Origin: Oscillospiraceae bacterium
GTDB lineage: Bacteria; Bacillota; Clostridia; Oscillospirales; Oscillospiraceae
NCBI GenBank assembly: GCA_021770845.1
Contig: JAETQF010000011.1
Span: forward strand, 17,637-81,636
Reading direction: 5' to 3'
Length of the DNA: 64,000 bases
Part shown: in pieces, positions 52,832 through 61,593 of the stretch
Layout: each line of letters begins with the position of its first letter
How positions within the stretch are numbered: the stretch's first letter is position 1
The notes under the pieces: generated by a model
Database searches by the model: none
Told to the model about the DNA's origin: nothing
The model's input: the letters and a program-made list of their open reading frames with translations, nothing else
Made by a program: the position numbers and the translations under genes

Positions 52832-53644
52832 TTACGTCAGATCCTGCTCCAGCAGGGCGCGGAGCTGGCGGCAGCGGCGCTGGCAGCCCTCGCCCAGCTC
52901 GCCGTACAGCTCCAGCATATCCGGATCCTCCCAGTCGTCCGCCGCCAGGCGGAAGGCGGTCTCCTGCTGCTGCTCCAGCTGGTGGCGGCGGCGCAGGGCC
53001 CCCCAGTAGGACGGGATGGCCGGGGCGGACAGCAGCTCGCTGGGCCAGTACCGCAGGCCGGTGATCAGAAAGTACGCCGCCGACAGCCGCCGGGCGCTGC
53101 GGTGCAGCTCCCCGGCCAGCGTGTTAAGTACCCGGGCGTCCGCCCCCCTGGCCCGGCGGGCCAGATGCCGGTAGAACTGCCAGCCCTCCAGCGCCTCCAT
53201 CACCTGGCGGCGCAGGCGGGCGGTACGGTCGTCAACGGGCTGGGGCTCCTCCCACAGCCTGGGCAGGTCGCTGCCCCGGTGGGGGCCCTCCGGCTGGGGC
53301 ATGGGCTCCGCCTCGGCGGGGGGCTGCTCCGCCTCGGCGGGGGGCTGCTCCGCCTCCGGGGGCTCCGGGGCGGGGGCCTCCTCCGACGGGGGCATGGGCT
53401 CCGGCTGGGGTTCCGGGGCCTCCTGGGCCGGGGCCGCCTCCGGCGCGCCGCCGCTCTCCGCCGGGCGGCCGGCGTTCAGCCGCATCAGCTCCTCCAGCCG
53501 CTGGCAGGACACATCCCCCTCCATCCCCGGGGGGATGATGGCCTCTATGGGGCAGCCGCAGTCCTCCCGGCCCGCCATCACCCGCTGCCACACCCGCTGG
53601 AATACCTCCTGATCCTTCAGCGAGCATGGAATGATTTTCTCCAT
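52832..53644 (-). CDS. ferritin-like domain protein with Pro/Glu-rich linker (possibly sporulation-related)
   Basis: C-terminal four-helix pattern (FYRHLA...LSAAYFLITG); GGAGG RBS; low-complexity PAEAEQP repeats. Confidence 0.6.
   Translation of the reverse strand: MEKIIPCSLKDQEVFQRVWQRVMAGREDCGCPIEAIIPPGMEGDVSCQRLEELMRLNAGRPAESGGAPEAAPAQEAPEPQPEPMPPSEEAPAPEPPEAEQPPAEAEQPPAEAEPMPQPEGPHRGSDLPRLWEEPQPVDDRTARLRRQVMEALEGWQFYRHLARRARGADARVLNTLAGELHRSARRLSAAYFLITGLRYWPSELLSAPAIPSYWGALRRRHQLEQQQETAFRLAADDWEDPDMLELYGELGEGCQRRCRQLRALLEQDLT
53305..53356. repeat. 21-bp coding tandem repeat (~2.5 copies)
   Basis: GCTCCGCCTCGGCGGGGGGCT units encoding PAEAEQP. Confidence 0.75.
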
Positions 53645-53735
53645 GTTCACACCTCCTTTGCCCCCTATTCTATGTCCGAGGAGCAAAACGTGCCAGTTGA
53701 CCGGGGGCTCCGGCAGAATGGACAGGGGGCGGGCA

Positions 53736-53822
53736 AAACCATAGTGGAAAACTATGATTTATGTTCTTGACAGCCCTTGCCTCCTATGGTATACTGCAAA
53801 CCATAGAAATAGACTATGATTT
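53736..53822 (+). promoter_or_regulatory. promoter flanked by two Rrf2/IscR-like operator boxes
   Basis: AAACCATAG-N6-ACTATGATTT twice, flanking TTGACA(53767)-17-TATACT. Confidence 0.7.
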
Positions 53823-53848
53823 CGCTCCGGCGGAATCTGATGGGAGAT

Positions 53849-54592
53849 ATGACTATGTTAGAGCTGAAGCACCTGGCCTTTTCCGTGGAGGAGGGGGCGG
53901 GGCAGAAGGACATCCTGCGGGATGTGTCGCTGACCGTGCCGGACGGCGCGTTCTGGGTGATCACCGGGCCCAACGGCGGAGGCAAGACCTCCCTGGCCCG
54001 GGCCATCATGGGGCTGAACAAGCCCACCGGCGGAAAAATCCTGTGGAACGGGGAGGACATCACCGATCTCTCCATCACGGAGCGGGCCAAGCGGGGGATC
54101 AGCTACGGCTTCCAGCAGCCCCCCCGGTTCAAGGGCCTGCGGGTGCGGGATCTGCTGGGGCTGGCGGCGGGCAACCCCTTCCTCAGCCGTACTGAGGGCT
54201 GCCAGCTGCTCACCCAGGTGGGGCTGTGCGCGGCGGACTATATCGACCGGGAGGTGGACGCCTCCCTGTCCGGCGGCGAGGTGAAGCGCATCGAGATCGC
54301 CAGCATCCTGGCCCGGAAGTCCCCGCTGATGATCTTTGACGAGCCGGAGGCGGGTATCGACCTGTGGTCTTTCGCCAAGCTGACGGAGACCTTCCGTTAT
54401 ATCCACGACAAGCGGGAGGCCACCATCGTGATCATCTCCCACCAGGAGCGGATCATCGGCCTGGCGGACGAGATCGTGCTGGTGGCGGACGGCCTGGTGT
54501 CCGAGCAGGGGCCCAGGGAGGAGATCTTCCCGAAGATTCTGGCCAACACCCAGCCCGGGTGCGCCTTTGTGGGAGAGGAGGGGCAGGCATGA
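53849..54592 (+). CDS. SufC-like ABC ATPase
   Basis: GPNGGGKT, FQQPPRFKG, LSGGEVKRIE, DEPEAGID. Confidence 0.85.
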   Translation: MTMLELKHLAFSVEEGAGQKDILRDVSLTVPDGAFWVITGPNGGGKTSLARAIMGLNKPTGGKILWNGEDITDLSITERAKRGISYGFQQPPRFKGLRVRDLLGLAAGNPFLSRTEGCQLLTQVGLCAADYIDREVDASLSGGEVKRIEIASILARKSPLMIFDEPEAGIDLWSFAKLTETFRYIHDKREATIVIISHQERIIGLADEIVLVADGLVSEQGPREEIFPKILANTQPGCAFVGEEGQA

Positions 54593-55506
54593 ACCACACC
54601 GACGCGGAGCTGCTCAAGCAGATCGCCGACATGGACGGCGTGCCGGAGGGGGCCTACAACATCCGCAAGGACGGCGGGCTGGACTCCCGGCGGAGCACCG
54701 ACACCATTGAGATCTCCTCCAAGGAGGACAAGCCCGGCATCGACATCCGGATCAAGGCGGGCACCAAGGGGCAGGATGTGCACATCCCCGTCCTGCTCAC
54801 CCAGAGTGGGCTGCAGGATCTGGTGTACAACGACTTTTTCATCGGCGAGGACTGCGACGTGGACATCATCGCCGGCTGCGGCATCCACAACGACGGCTGC
54901 GACACCTCCCAGCACGACGGCGTGCACACCTTCTACGTGGGCCGCGGCTCCAAGGTGCGTTACACGGAGAAGCACTACGGCGAGGGGGAGGGCACCGGAG
55001 CCCGGATCATGAATCCCCACACCATCGTCTACCTGGAGGAGGGGGCCTCCATCCAGCTGGAGACCGTCCAGATCCGGGGAGTGGATCACACCAAGCGGTA
55101 TACCAAGGTGGAGGTGGGCGCCGGGGCGGAGGCGGTGGTCACCGAGCGGCTGCTCACCCACGGGGAGCAGTTCGCTGAGAGCAAGATGGACGTGATCCTG
55201 AAGGGGGAGGGGGCCCGTACCCAGGTGATCTCCCGCTCCGTGGCCCAGGACAAGTCGGTGCAGGTGTTCTATCCCCAGGTGGAGGGCGACGCCCCCTGCT
55301 TCGGCCACGTCCAGTGCGACTCCATCATCATGGGGCAGGCCAAGGTCAGCTCCATCCCCGCCATCGTGGCCAACCACATGGACGCCCAGCTCATCCACGA
55401 GGCCGCCATTGGGAAGATCGCCGGGGATCAGATTTTGAAGCTGATGACCCTGGGCCTCACCGAGGAGGAGGCCGAGCAGAAGATTCTGGACGGCTTTTTG
55501 CGCTGA
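54589..55506 (+). CDS. SufB/SufD family Fe-S assembly protein
   Basis: IIAGCG, GHVQCD, HEAAIGKI, LMTLGL. Confidence 0.88.
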   Translation: MNHTDAELLKQIADMDGVPEGAYNIRKDGGLDSRRSTDTIEISSKEDKPGIDIRIKAGTKGQDVHIPVLLTQSGLQDLVYNDFFIGEDCDVDIIAGCGIHNDGCDTSQHDGVHTFYVGRGSKVRYTEKHYGEGEGTGARIMNPHTIVYLEEGASIQLETVQIRGVDHTKRYTKVEVGAGAEAVVTERLLTHGEQFAESKMDVILKGEGARTQVISRSVAQDKSVQVFYPQVEGDAPCFGHVQCDSIIMGQAKVSSIPAIVANHMDAQLIHEAAIGKIAGDQILKLMTLGLTEEEAEQKILDGFLR

Positions 55507-55689
55507 CCGGGCAGACGGCAAATACGGGGCCCCCGCGGGACGCCCGCGGGGGCCTGTTCTGTCTCCAAAAGGGCGCGGCCCCGGGGATTTGGACGATTTT
55601 TCCACCGCTCTCAGGATTACAAGAATATACAAGAAAAAAGGGCAGTTACTACTATCGGCTTCCTGCCGCGTAGAGTATCATAAATCGAA

Positions 55690-55809
55690 ATACGCTGTGC
55701 CGGCTTGCGGCGGAGGGGACGCGGAACGTCTCCTTGAGCATAGTTCACTGTGATAGCATAGCAGGGCACTGAGCCCCAGGAAAACCCTGCCCGTTGGGCA
55801 GGGTTTTTT
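55690..55809 (+). promoter_or_regulatory. attenuator-like leader upstream of pyrB
   Basis: Terminator AAAACCCTGCCC-GTT-GGGCAGGGTTTTTT (55781-55809) ~40 nt before ATG, with competing upstream pairings. Confidence 0.7.
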
Positions 55810-55851
55810 GCGGGAAAAAATTCATATGGAAGGCAGGAGGAGACAGAGATT

Positions 55852-56910
55852 ATGCGCCACTTGATTGATTTTGGAGATCTGCCCCGGGAGGAATGGGACG
55901 AGCTGTACGCCAGAGCGGAGCGGATCATGGACGCCCCGGATCAGTATCTGGACGCCTGCCGGGGAAAGGTGATGGCGTCGCTGTTCTACGAGCCGTCCAC
56001 CCGCACCAACTTCTCCTTCCAGACCGCCATGCTGCGCCTGGGCGGCACGGTGTTCGGCTTCGCCGACCCCAAGTCCTCCTCCACCGCCAAGGGGGAGAGC
56101 CTGAAGGACACCGTGAAAATGGTGGCGGGCTATGCCGACGTGGTGGTGATGCGCACCCCCTGGGAGGGGGCGGCTAAGGCGGCCTCCCTCTACTCCGAGG
56201 TGCCGGTGATCAACGCCGGGGACGGCGGCCATATGCACCCCACCCAGACCACCACCGACCTGACTACCATCACCCGGCTGCGGGGCTCGGTGGACGGGCT
56301 CAGCGTGGGGCTGTGCGGCGATCTGAAGAACGGCCGCACCGTCCACTCCCTCATCAAGGCGCTGGCCAAGTTCAAGGACATCCGCTTCTTCCTCATCGCG
56401 CCCCCGGAGCTGGCCATCCCCGAGTATCTGCGCCGCTTCATGAAGGACAACGGGATGCCCTTCCTGGAGGTGTCCGGCCTGGATCCCGTCATCCCCCAGC
56501 TGGACGTGCTCTACATGACCCGCATCCAGCGGGAGCGGTTCATCGATCCCCTGGAGTATGAGCGGTGCAAGGGCATCTACATCCTCACCCGCTCCAAGCT
56601 GACCCGGGCCAAGGAGAACCTGCTGGTGATGCACCCCCTGCCCCGGGTGGACGAGATCGCCGTGGATGTGGACGACGATCCCCGGGCGGTGTACTTCGAG
56701 CAGGCCCGGTACGGGATGTACTCCCGGATGGCGCTGCTGGCGGATCTGGCCAACCAGCCCCGGATCCAGCCCGGGCCGGTGGAGATCGGCCGCGGCCCGG
56801 TGTGCCATAACCCCCGGTGCATCACCCAGACGGAGCACTACCTGCCGCCGCTGGTGAAGGAGACGGGGGGCGTGCGGTGCTGCGCCTTCTGCGACGCGCC
56901 GCTGGACTGA
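55852..56910 (+). CDS. pyrB: aspartate carbamoyltransferase with fused C-terminal PyrI-type zinc domain
   Basis: FYEPSTRT, HPTQ, DLKNGRTVHS, TRIQRER, MHPLP; tail CHNPRCIT...CAFC. Confidence 0.94.
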   Translation: MRHLIDFGDLPREEWDELYARAERIMDAPDQYLDACRGKVMASLFYEPSTRTNFSFQTAMLRLGGTVFGFADPKSSSTAKGESLKDTVKMVAGYADVVVMRTPWEGAAKAASLYSEVPVINAGDGGHMHPTQTTTDLTTITRLRGSVDGLSVGLCGDLKNGRTVHSLIKALAKFKDIRFFLIAPPELAIPEYLRRFMKDNGMPFLEVSGLDPVIPQLDVLYMTRIQRERFIDPLEYERCKGIYILTRSKLTRAKENLLVMHPLPRVDEIAVDVDDDPRAVYFEQARYGMYSRMALLADLANQPRIQPGPVEIGRGPVCHNPRCITQTEHYLPPLVKETGGVRCCAFCDAPLD

Positions 56911-56939
56911 TACATACTGAACCATAAGGAGGGGCCGGC

Positions 56940-58055
56940 TTGAACCGGAATTACGACAACTTTCTCAACCTCACCCTGGACACCCGGATCAAGGAGCTCC
57001 GGGACGGGTGGTACTCCTTTGAGGACACCGTGTTCTACGGGGAGAAGGGGGGCGCCCTGGCGGACGAGGGCGCCATCAACGGCCAAAAGGTGCTGGAGCT
57101 GCGGTGGGAGGGGGACACCCTCTGGCACCGGGTGGAGGGAGAGCTGACCGACCCCGTCCACATGGAGGTGGATCGGCTCACCCGCTGGAACAACACCGCC
57201 GTCCAGTCCGCCTTCCATATGCTGGACGGGTATTACGGGCGGCTGGGGCTGCGGATCGTGGCCATCGGCGTGCACCCGGAAAACCAGTGGTACGAGGTGG
57301 ACACCAAGGAGCTGCCCCCCGGCCATCTGGAGGAGGTGCAGGCCTTCCTGGACAAGCAGATCATGGACGATTTCCCGGTGGAGCTGTCCTACGTGAAGGG
57401 GGCGGACTACCCCAACCCCAAGTACCAGGGCTATGACGAGGTGCGCATCGTCAAATTTGGCGAGGTGGACACCCAGCCCTGCGGCACCCCCCACGTGAGC
57501 CGCACCGGGCAGATCCTGTCCTTCACCGTGCTGGGCAGCGAGCACTCCGGCCGGGGCACCAAGATCTACACCGCGGTGGGCCCCGCGGCGGAGGCGCGGC
57601 TGCGGGAGGATCACGCCGTGCTGCGCCGGCTGGTGGAGCTGTCCGACACGGGTATACCCGATCTGGCGGACAAGATGGAGGGGCTGCTGGCCTCCTCCAA
57701 GGCGCTGAAGAAGGAGAACGAGGCCCTGCGCCGGGAGCTGTGCGGCTACCAGGCGGCGGGGCTGCTGGAGTCGGGGGAGACGCTGATCCCCTATGCTGCC
57801 AAGGACGCCGGGGATCTGCGGGCCATGAGTCAGGCGGTGCTGGGCAGGACAACCCGGGGCGTGGTGCTCATGGCAGAGCTGGACGGCGGGGTGAGCTTCG
57901 CCGCCATCTCCCCGGAGGGAAAGGCCCGGGCCTGGATGGACGCCCTAAAGGGGCTGCTGGAGGTATCCGGCGGCGGATCGCCCAAGATCGTCAGCGGGAA
58001 AACCCCCGCGGGGCCGGAGGAGTTCCGGCGGGCCGCGGCGGGACTGTCGGTTTGA
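56940..58055 (+). CDS. AlaX-like tRNA editing protein with DHHA1 domain
   Basis: DTVFYGEKGG..D.G, PCGTPHV, coiled coil, GGGS. Confidence 0.75.
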   Translation: MNRNYDNFLNLTLDTRIKELRDGWYSFEDTVFYGEKGGALADEGAINGQKVLELRWEGDTLWHRVEGELTDPVHMEVDRLTRWNNTAVQSAFHMLDGYYGRLGLRIVAIGVHPENQWYEVDTKELPPGHLEEVQAFLDKQIMDDFPVELSYVKGADYPNPKYQGYDEVRIVKFGEVDTQPCGTPHVSRTGQILSFTVLGSEHSGRGTKIYTAVGPAAEARLREDHAVLRRLVELSDTGIPDLADKMEGLLASSKALKKENEALRRELCGYQAAGLLESGETLIPYAAKDAGDLRAMSQAVLGRTTRGVVLMAELDGGVSFAAISPEGKARAWMDALKGLLEVSGGGSPKIVSGKTPAGPEEFRRAAAGLSV

Positions 58056-58073
58056 CGGATACACAAACATGGG

Positions 58074-58118
58074 AAAAGGCCGGAGAGCGGGAAAGAATTC
58101 CAGCTCTCCGGCCTTTTT
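58074..58118 (+). terminator. intrinsic terminator
   Basis: AAAAGGCCGGAGAGC...GCTCTCCGGCCTTTTT. Confidence 0.8.
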
Positions 58119-58335
58119 GGGCAATATTCTGACAAAATTTTGACAGTAACTGTGATACTGTTCAAATAGACCGTGGGGTACCCATAAAAATTTAGCGGAA
58201 ATATACAATTTGAGATGGCGAAAGCGTCCATCTTTTTTTCCCAAATTTGGGTACTATAAGGATGGTCAGTATTTGCCCCGCCGGTGCGCGCGGGTGGGGG
58301 CAAAAATAATATTTGAGCTGCAATAAGGAGGAGCC

Positions 58336-59568
58336 ATGAAAGGTATTTGTGTCAGAAGCGAGATCAACCCGCTGAAAAAGGTGCTGCTGCACCGCCCCGG
58401 CCGTGAGCTGCTGAACCTGACCCCCGACACCCTGAGTGAGCTGCTGTTCGACGACATCCCCTTCCTGAAGGTGGCCCAGGAGGAGCACGACGCCTTCGCC
58501 CAGATCCTCCGGGACAACGGCACCGAGGTGGTCTATCTGGAGGATCTGATGACCGACGTGCTCAGCCTCAACCCCAAGCTGGTGGAGCCCTTCCTGCGCC
58601 AGTGGCTGTTTGAGGGCAACATCAAGACCCGCCGCTGGCAGGACAAGTGCATGGAGTACCTCACCAGCCACTACCAGGGCAAGGCGCTGGTGGAGAAAAC
58701 CATGGAGGGCATCACCCTGAAGGAGATGGGCGCCGAGGCCTATACCTACTCCCTCCAGGATCTGGTGGCCCCGGCGGACGACCTGGTGGTCAACCCCATG
58801 CCCAACCTGTACTTCACCCGCGACCCCTTCGCCAGCGTGGGCACCGGCGTGTTCCTCCACAAGATGTACTCCGTCACCCGCTGCCGTGAGACCATCTACG
58901 CCGACTATATCTTCAAGTATCACCCCGACTTCGAGGGGCAGGTCACCCGGTACTACGACCGCGACCTCCACGCCAACATCGAGGGCGGCGACGTGCTCAA
59001 CCTCACCGAGGACACCCTGGCCATTGGCATCTCCCAGCGCACCTGCACCGACGCCATCGAGATCGCGGCCCGCAACCTGTTCACCGACCCCGAGGCCAAG
59101 ATCCGCACCGTGCTGGCCTTCGACATCCCCAAGAGCCGCGCCTTCATGCACCTGGACACCGTGTTCACCCAGATCGACGTGGACAAGTACACCGTCCATC
59201 CCGCCATCCTGGGCCCGCTCACCGTGTACGAGATCACCCCGGGCCAGGACGACCCCGCCGACCTGCGGATCAAGCGGGTGGACTCCGACCTGAAGCACAT
59301 CCTGGAGAAGTACACCCACGTGGACGACGTGAAGCTGATCTACTGCGGCGGCGACGATCTCATCGCGGCGGCCCGGGAGCAGTGGAACGACGGCTCCAAC
59401 ACCCTGTGCATCGCCCCCGGCAAGATCGTGGTCTATCAGCGCAACGACGTGTCCAACGCCATCCTGCGGGACAACGGCCTCACCGTGCTGGAGATGCCCT
59501 CCGCCGAGCTTTCCCGCGGCCGCGGCGGTCCCCGGTGTATGTCCATGCCCCTGATCCGGGCAGAATAA
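58336..59568 (+). CDS. arcA: arginine deiminase
   Basis: SEI..LKKVLLHRPG, PNLYFTRD, IEGGD, MHLDT, ELSRGRGGPRCMSMP. Confidence 0.97.
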   Translation: MKGICVRSEINPLKKVLLHRPGRELLNLTPDTLSELLFDDIPFLKVAQEEHDAFAQILRDNGTEVVYLEDLMTDVLSLNPKLVEPFLRQWLFEGNIKTRRWQDKCMEYLTSHYQGKALVEKTMEGITLKEMGAEAYTYSLQDLVAPADDLVVNPMPNLYFTRDPFASVGTGVFLHKMYSVTRCRETIYADYIFKYHPDFEGQVTRYYDRDLHANIEGGDVLNLTEDTLAIGISQRTCTDAIEIAARNLFTDPEAKIRTVLAFDIPKSRAFMHLDTVFTQIDVDKYTVHPAILGPLTVYEITPGQDDPADLRIKRVDSDLKHILEKYTHVDDVKLIYCGGDDLIAAAREQWNDGSNTLCIAPGKIVVYQRNDVSNAILRDNGLTVLEMPSAELSRGRGGPRCMSMPLIRAE

Positions 59569-59615
59569 GGACTGTCCCAAAAAACTTCATCTAAATTTTT
59601 AGGAGGAATTCTTCA

Positions 59616-60608
59616 ATGGGTATCAACATTCGCGGCCGGAGCTTTTTGACCCTGCTGGACTTCACCCCCGCTGAGATCAACTATATGCTGGATCTCTCCG
59701 CCGAGTTCAAGCGCATGAAGAACAACGGCGTGGAGCACAAGTGGCTCACCGGCAAGCAGGTGGTTCTGCTGTTTGAAAAGACCTCCACCCGCACCCGCTG
59801 CGCCTTCGAGGTGGGCGCCCGCGACCTGGGCATGGGCGTCACCTTCCTGGATCCCGGCTCCTCCCAGATGGGCAAGAAGGAGTCCCTGGCGGACACCGCC
59901 AAGGTGCTGGGCCGGATGTATGACGGCATCGAGTACCGCGGCTTCAAGCAGTCCGTGGTGGAGGATCTGGCCCGCTACTCCGGCGTGCCCGTGTGGAACG
60001 GCCTGACCGACGCCTTCCATCCCACCCAGATGCTGGCCGACATCCTCACCGTCAAGGAGGAGTTCGGCGACGTCCGCGGCCGCAAGCTCACCTTCTTCGG
60101 CGACGCCCGCAACAACGTGGCCAACTCCCTGATGGTGGTGTGCTCCAAGCTGGGGATGCACTTCTGTGCCTGCGGCCCCAAGGAGCTCATGCCCGCCGCT
60201 GACCTGGTGGAGAAGTGCAAGGCCGTGGCCGCCGAGACCGGCGCTACCATCGAGCTGACCGACGACGTGAAGCAGGGCGCCAAGGACTGCGACGTGCTGT
60301 ACACCGACATCTGGGTGTCCATGGGCGAGCCCGACGAGATCTGGGCCGAGCGCATCAAGCTGCTGAAGCCCTACCAGGTGAACAAGGAAGTCATGGCTAT
60401 GGCCAAGCCCACCGCCATCTTCCTGCACTGCCTGCCCTCCTTCCACGACCGGGACACCACCATCGGCGAGGACATCTACCAGAAGTTCGACCTGCCCGCC
60501 ATGGAGGTCACCGACGACGTGTTCCTGGGCACCCAGGCCCGCCAGTTCGACGAGGCCGAGAACCGTATGCACACCATCAAGGCCGTCATGTACGCCACGC
60601 TGAAGTAA
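59616..60608 (+). CDS. arcB: catabolic ornithine carbamoyltransferase
   Basis: [32 protein letters not shown]; within arc operon. Confidence 0.95.
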   Translation: MGINIRGRSFLTLLDFTPAEINYMLDLSAEFKRMKNNGVEHKWLTGKQVVLLFEKTSTRTRCAFEVGARDLGMGVTFLDPGSSQMGKKESLADTAKVLGRMYDGIEYRGFKQSVVEDLARYSGVPVWNGLTDAFHPTQMLADILTVKEEFGDVRGRKLTFFGDARNNVANSLMVVCSKLGMHFCACGPKELMPAADLVEKCKAVAAETGATIELTDDVKQGAKDCDVLYTDIWVSMGEPDEIWAERIKLLKPYQVNKEVMAMAKPTAIFLHCLPSFHDRDTTIGEDIYQKFDLPAMEVTDDVFLGTQARQFDEAENRMHTIKAVMYATLK

Positions 60609-60618
60609 GGGTGCGGCC

Positions 60619-61557
60619 ATGGGAAAGCGTATTGTAGTGGCTCTGGGCGGAAACGCCCTGGGCAATTCCCCTGAGGAGCAGCTGGAGCTGGTGAAGGGCA
60701 CCGCCAAGCCCATTGTAGACCTGGTGGAAAAGGGCTGCGAGGTCATCATCGGCCACGGCAACGGCCCCCAGGTGGGCATGATCAACCTGGCCATGGAGTT
60801 CTCCGCCAACAAGGGCGGCGACACCCCCTATATGCCCTTCCCCGAGTGCGGGGCCATGACCCAGGGCTATATCGGCTACCACCTCCAGCAGGCCATCCAG
60901 GACGAGCTGAAGGCCCGGGGCATCCAGAAGGCCTGCGCCACCGTGGTGACCCAGGTGGTGGTGGACGAGGCCGACCCCGGCTTCCAGAAGCCCACCAAGC
61001 CCGTGGGCAGCTTCTACACCAAGGAGGAGGCCGACGCCATCGCGGCGGAGAAGGGCTTCACCTTCGTGGAGGACGCCGGCCGGGGCTACCGCCGGGTGGT
61101 TCCCTCCCCCATCCCCCAGCGCATTGTGGAGCTGGAGGTGGTGGATCAGCTGGTGGCCGCCGGCAACATCGTCATCACCGTGGGCGGCGGCGGCATCCCC
61201 GTGGTGGAGACTGACAAGGGCCTGAAGGGCGTGGCCGCCGTCATCGACAAGGATCGGGCCAGCGCCCTGCTGGCCCGGGACGTGAAGGCGGATCAGCTCA
61301 TCATCCTCACGGCGGTAGACCGTGTGTGCGTCAACTTCAACAAGCCTGATCAGCGGGAGCTGCCCTCCATGACCCTGGCTGAGGCGGAGGAGTATATCAA
61401 GCAGGGCCAGTTCGCCCCGGGCAGTATGCTGCCCAAGGTGCAGTCCTGCATGGAATTTGTGAAACACAGCGCCAACGGCGGCACCGCCCTCATCACCTCT
61501 CTATCCCGGGCGGCGGAGGCGCTGGACGGAAAAACGGGAACGGTGGTTGAAAAGTAA
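60619..61557 (+). CDS. arcC: carbamate kinase
   Basis: ALGGNAL, HGNGPQVG, RRVVPSP, AVIDKD, GSMLPK. Confidence 0.96.
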   Translation: MGKRIVVALGGNALGNSPEEQLELVKGTAKPIVDLVEKGCEVIIGHGNGPQVGMINLAMEFSANKGGDTPYMPFPECGAMTQGYIGYHLQQAIQDELKARGIQKACATVVTQVVVDEADPGFQKPTKPVGSFYTKEEADAIAAEKGFTFVEDAGRGYRRVVPSPIPQRIVELEVVDQLVAAGNIVITVGGGGIPVVETDKGLKGVAAVIDKDRASALLARDVKADQLIILTAVDRVCVNFNKPDQRELPSMTLAEAEEYIKQGQFAPGSMLPKVQSCMEFVKHSANGGTALITSLSRAAEALDGKTGTVVEK

Positions 61558-61593
61558 GCGGAAACGACTATAATATAAGAAGGAGAGATTGTC

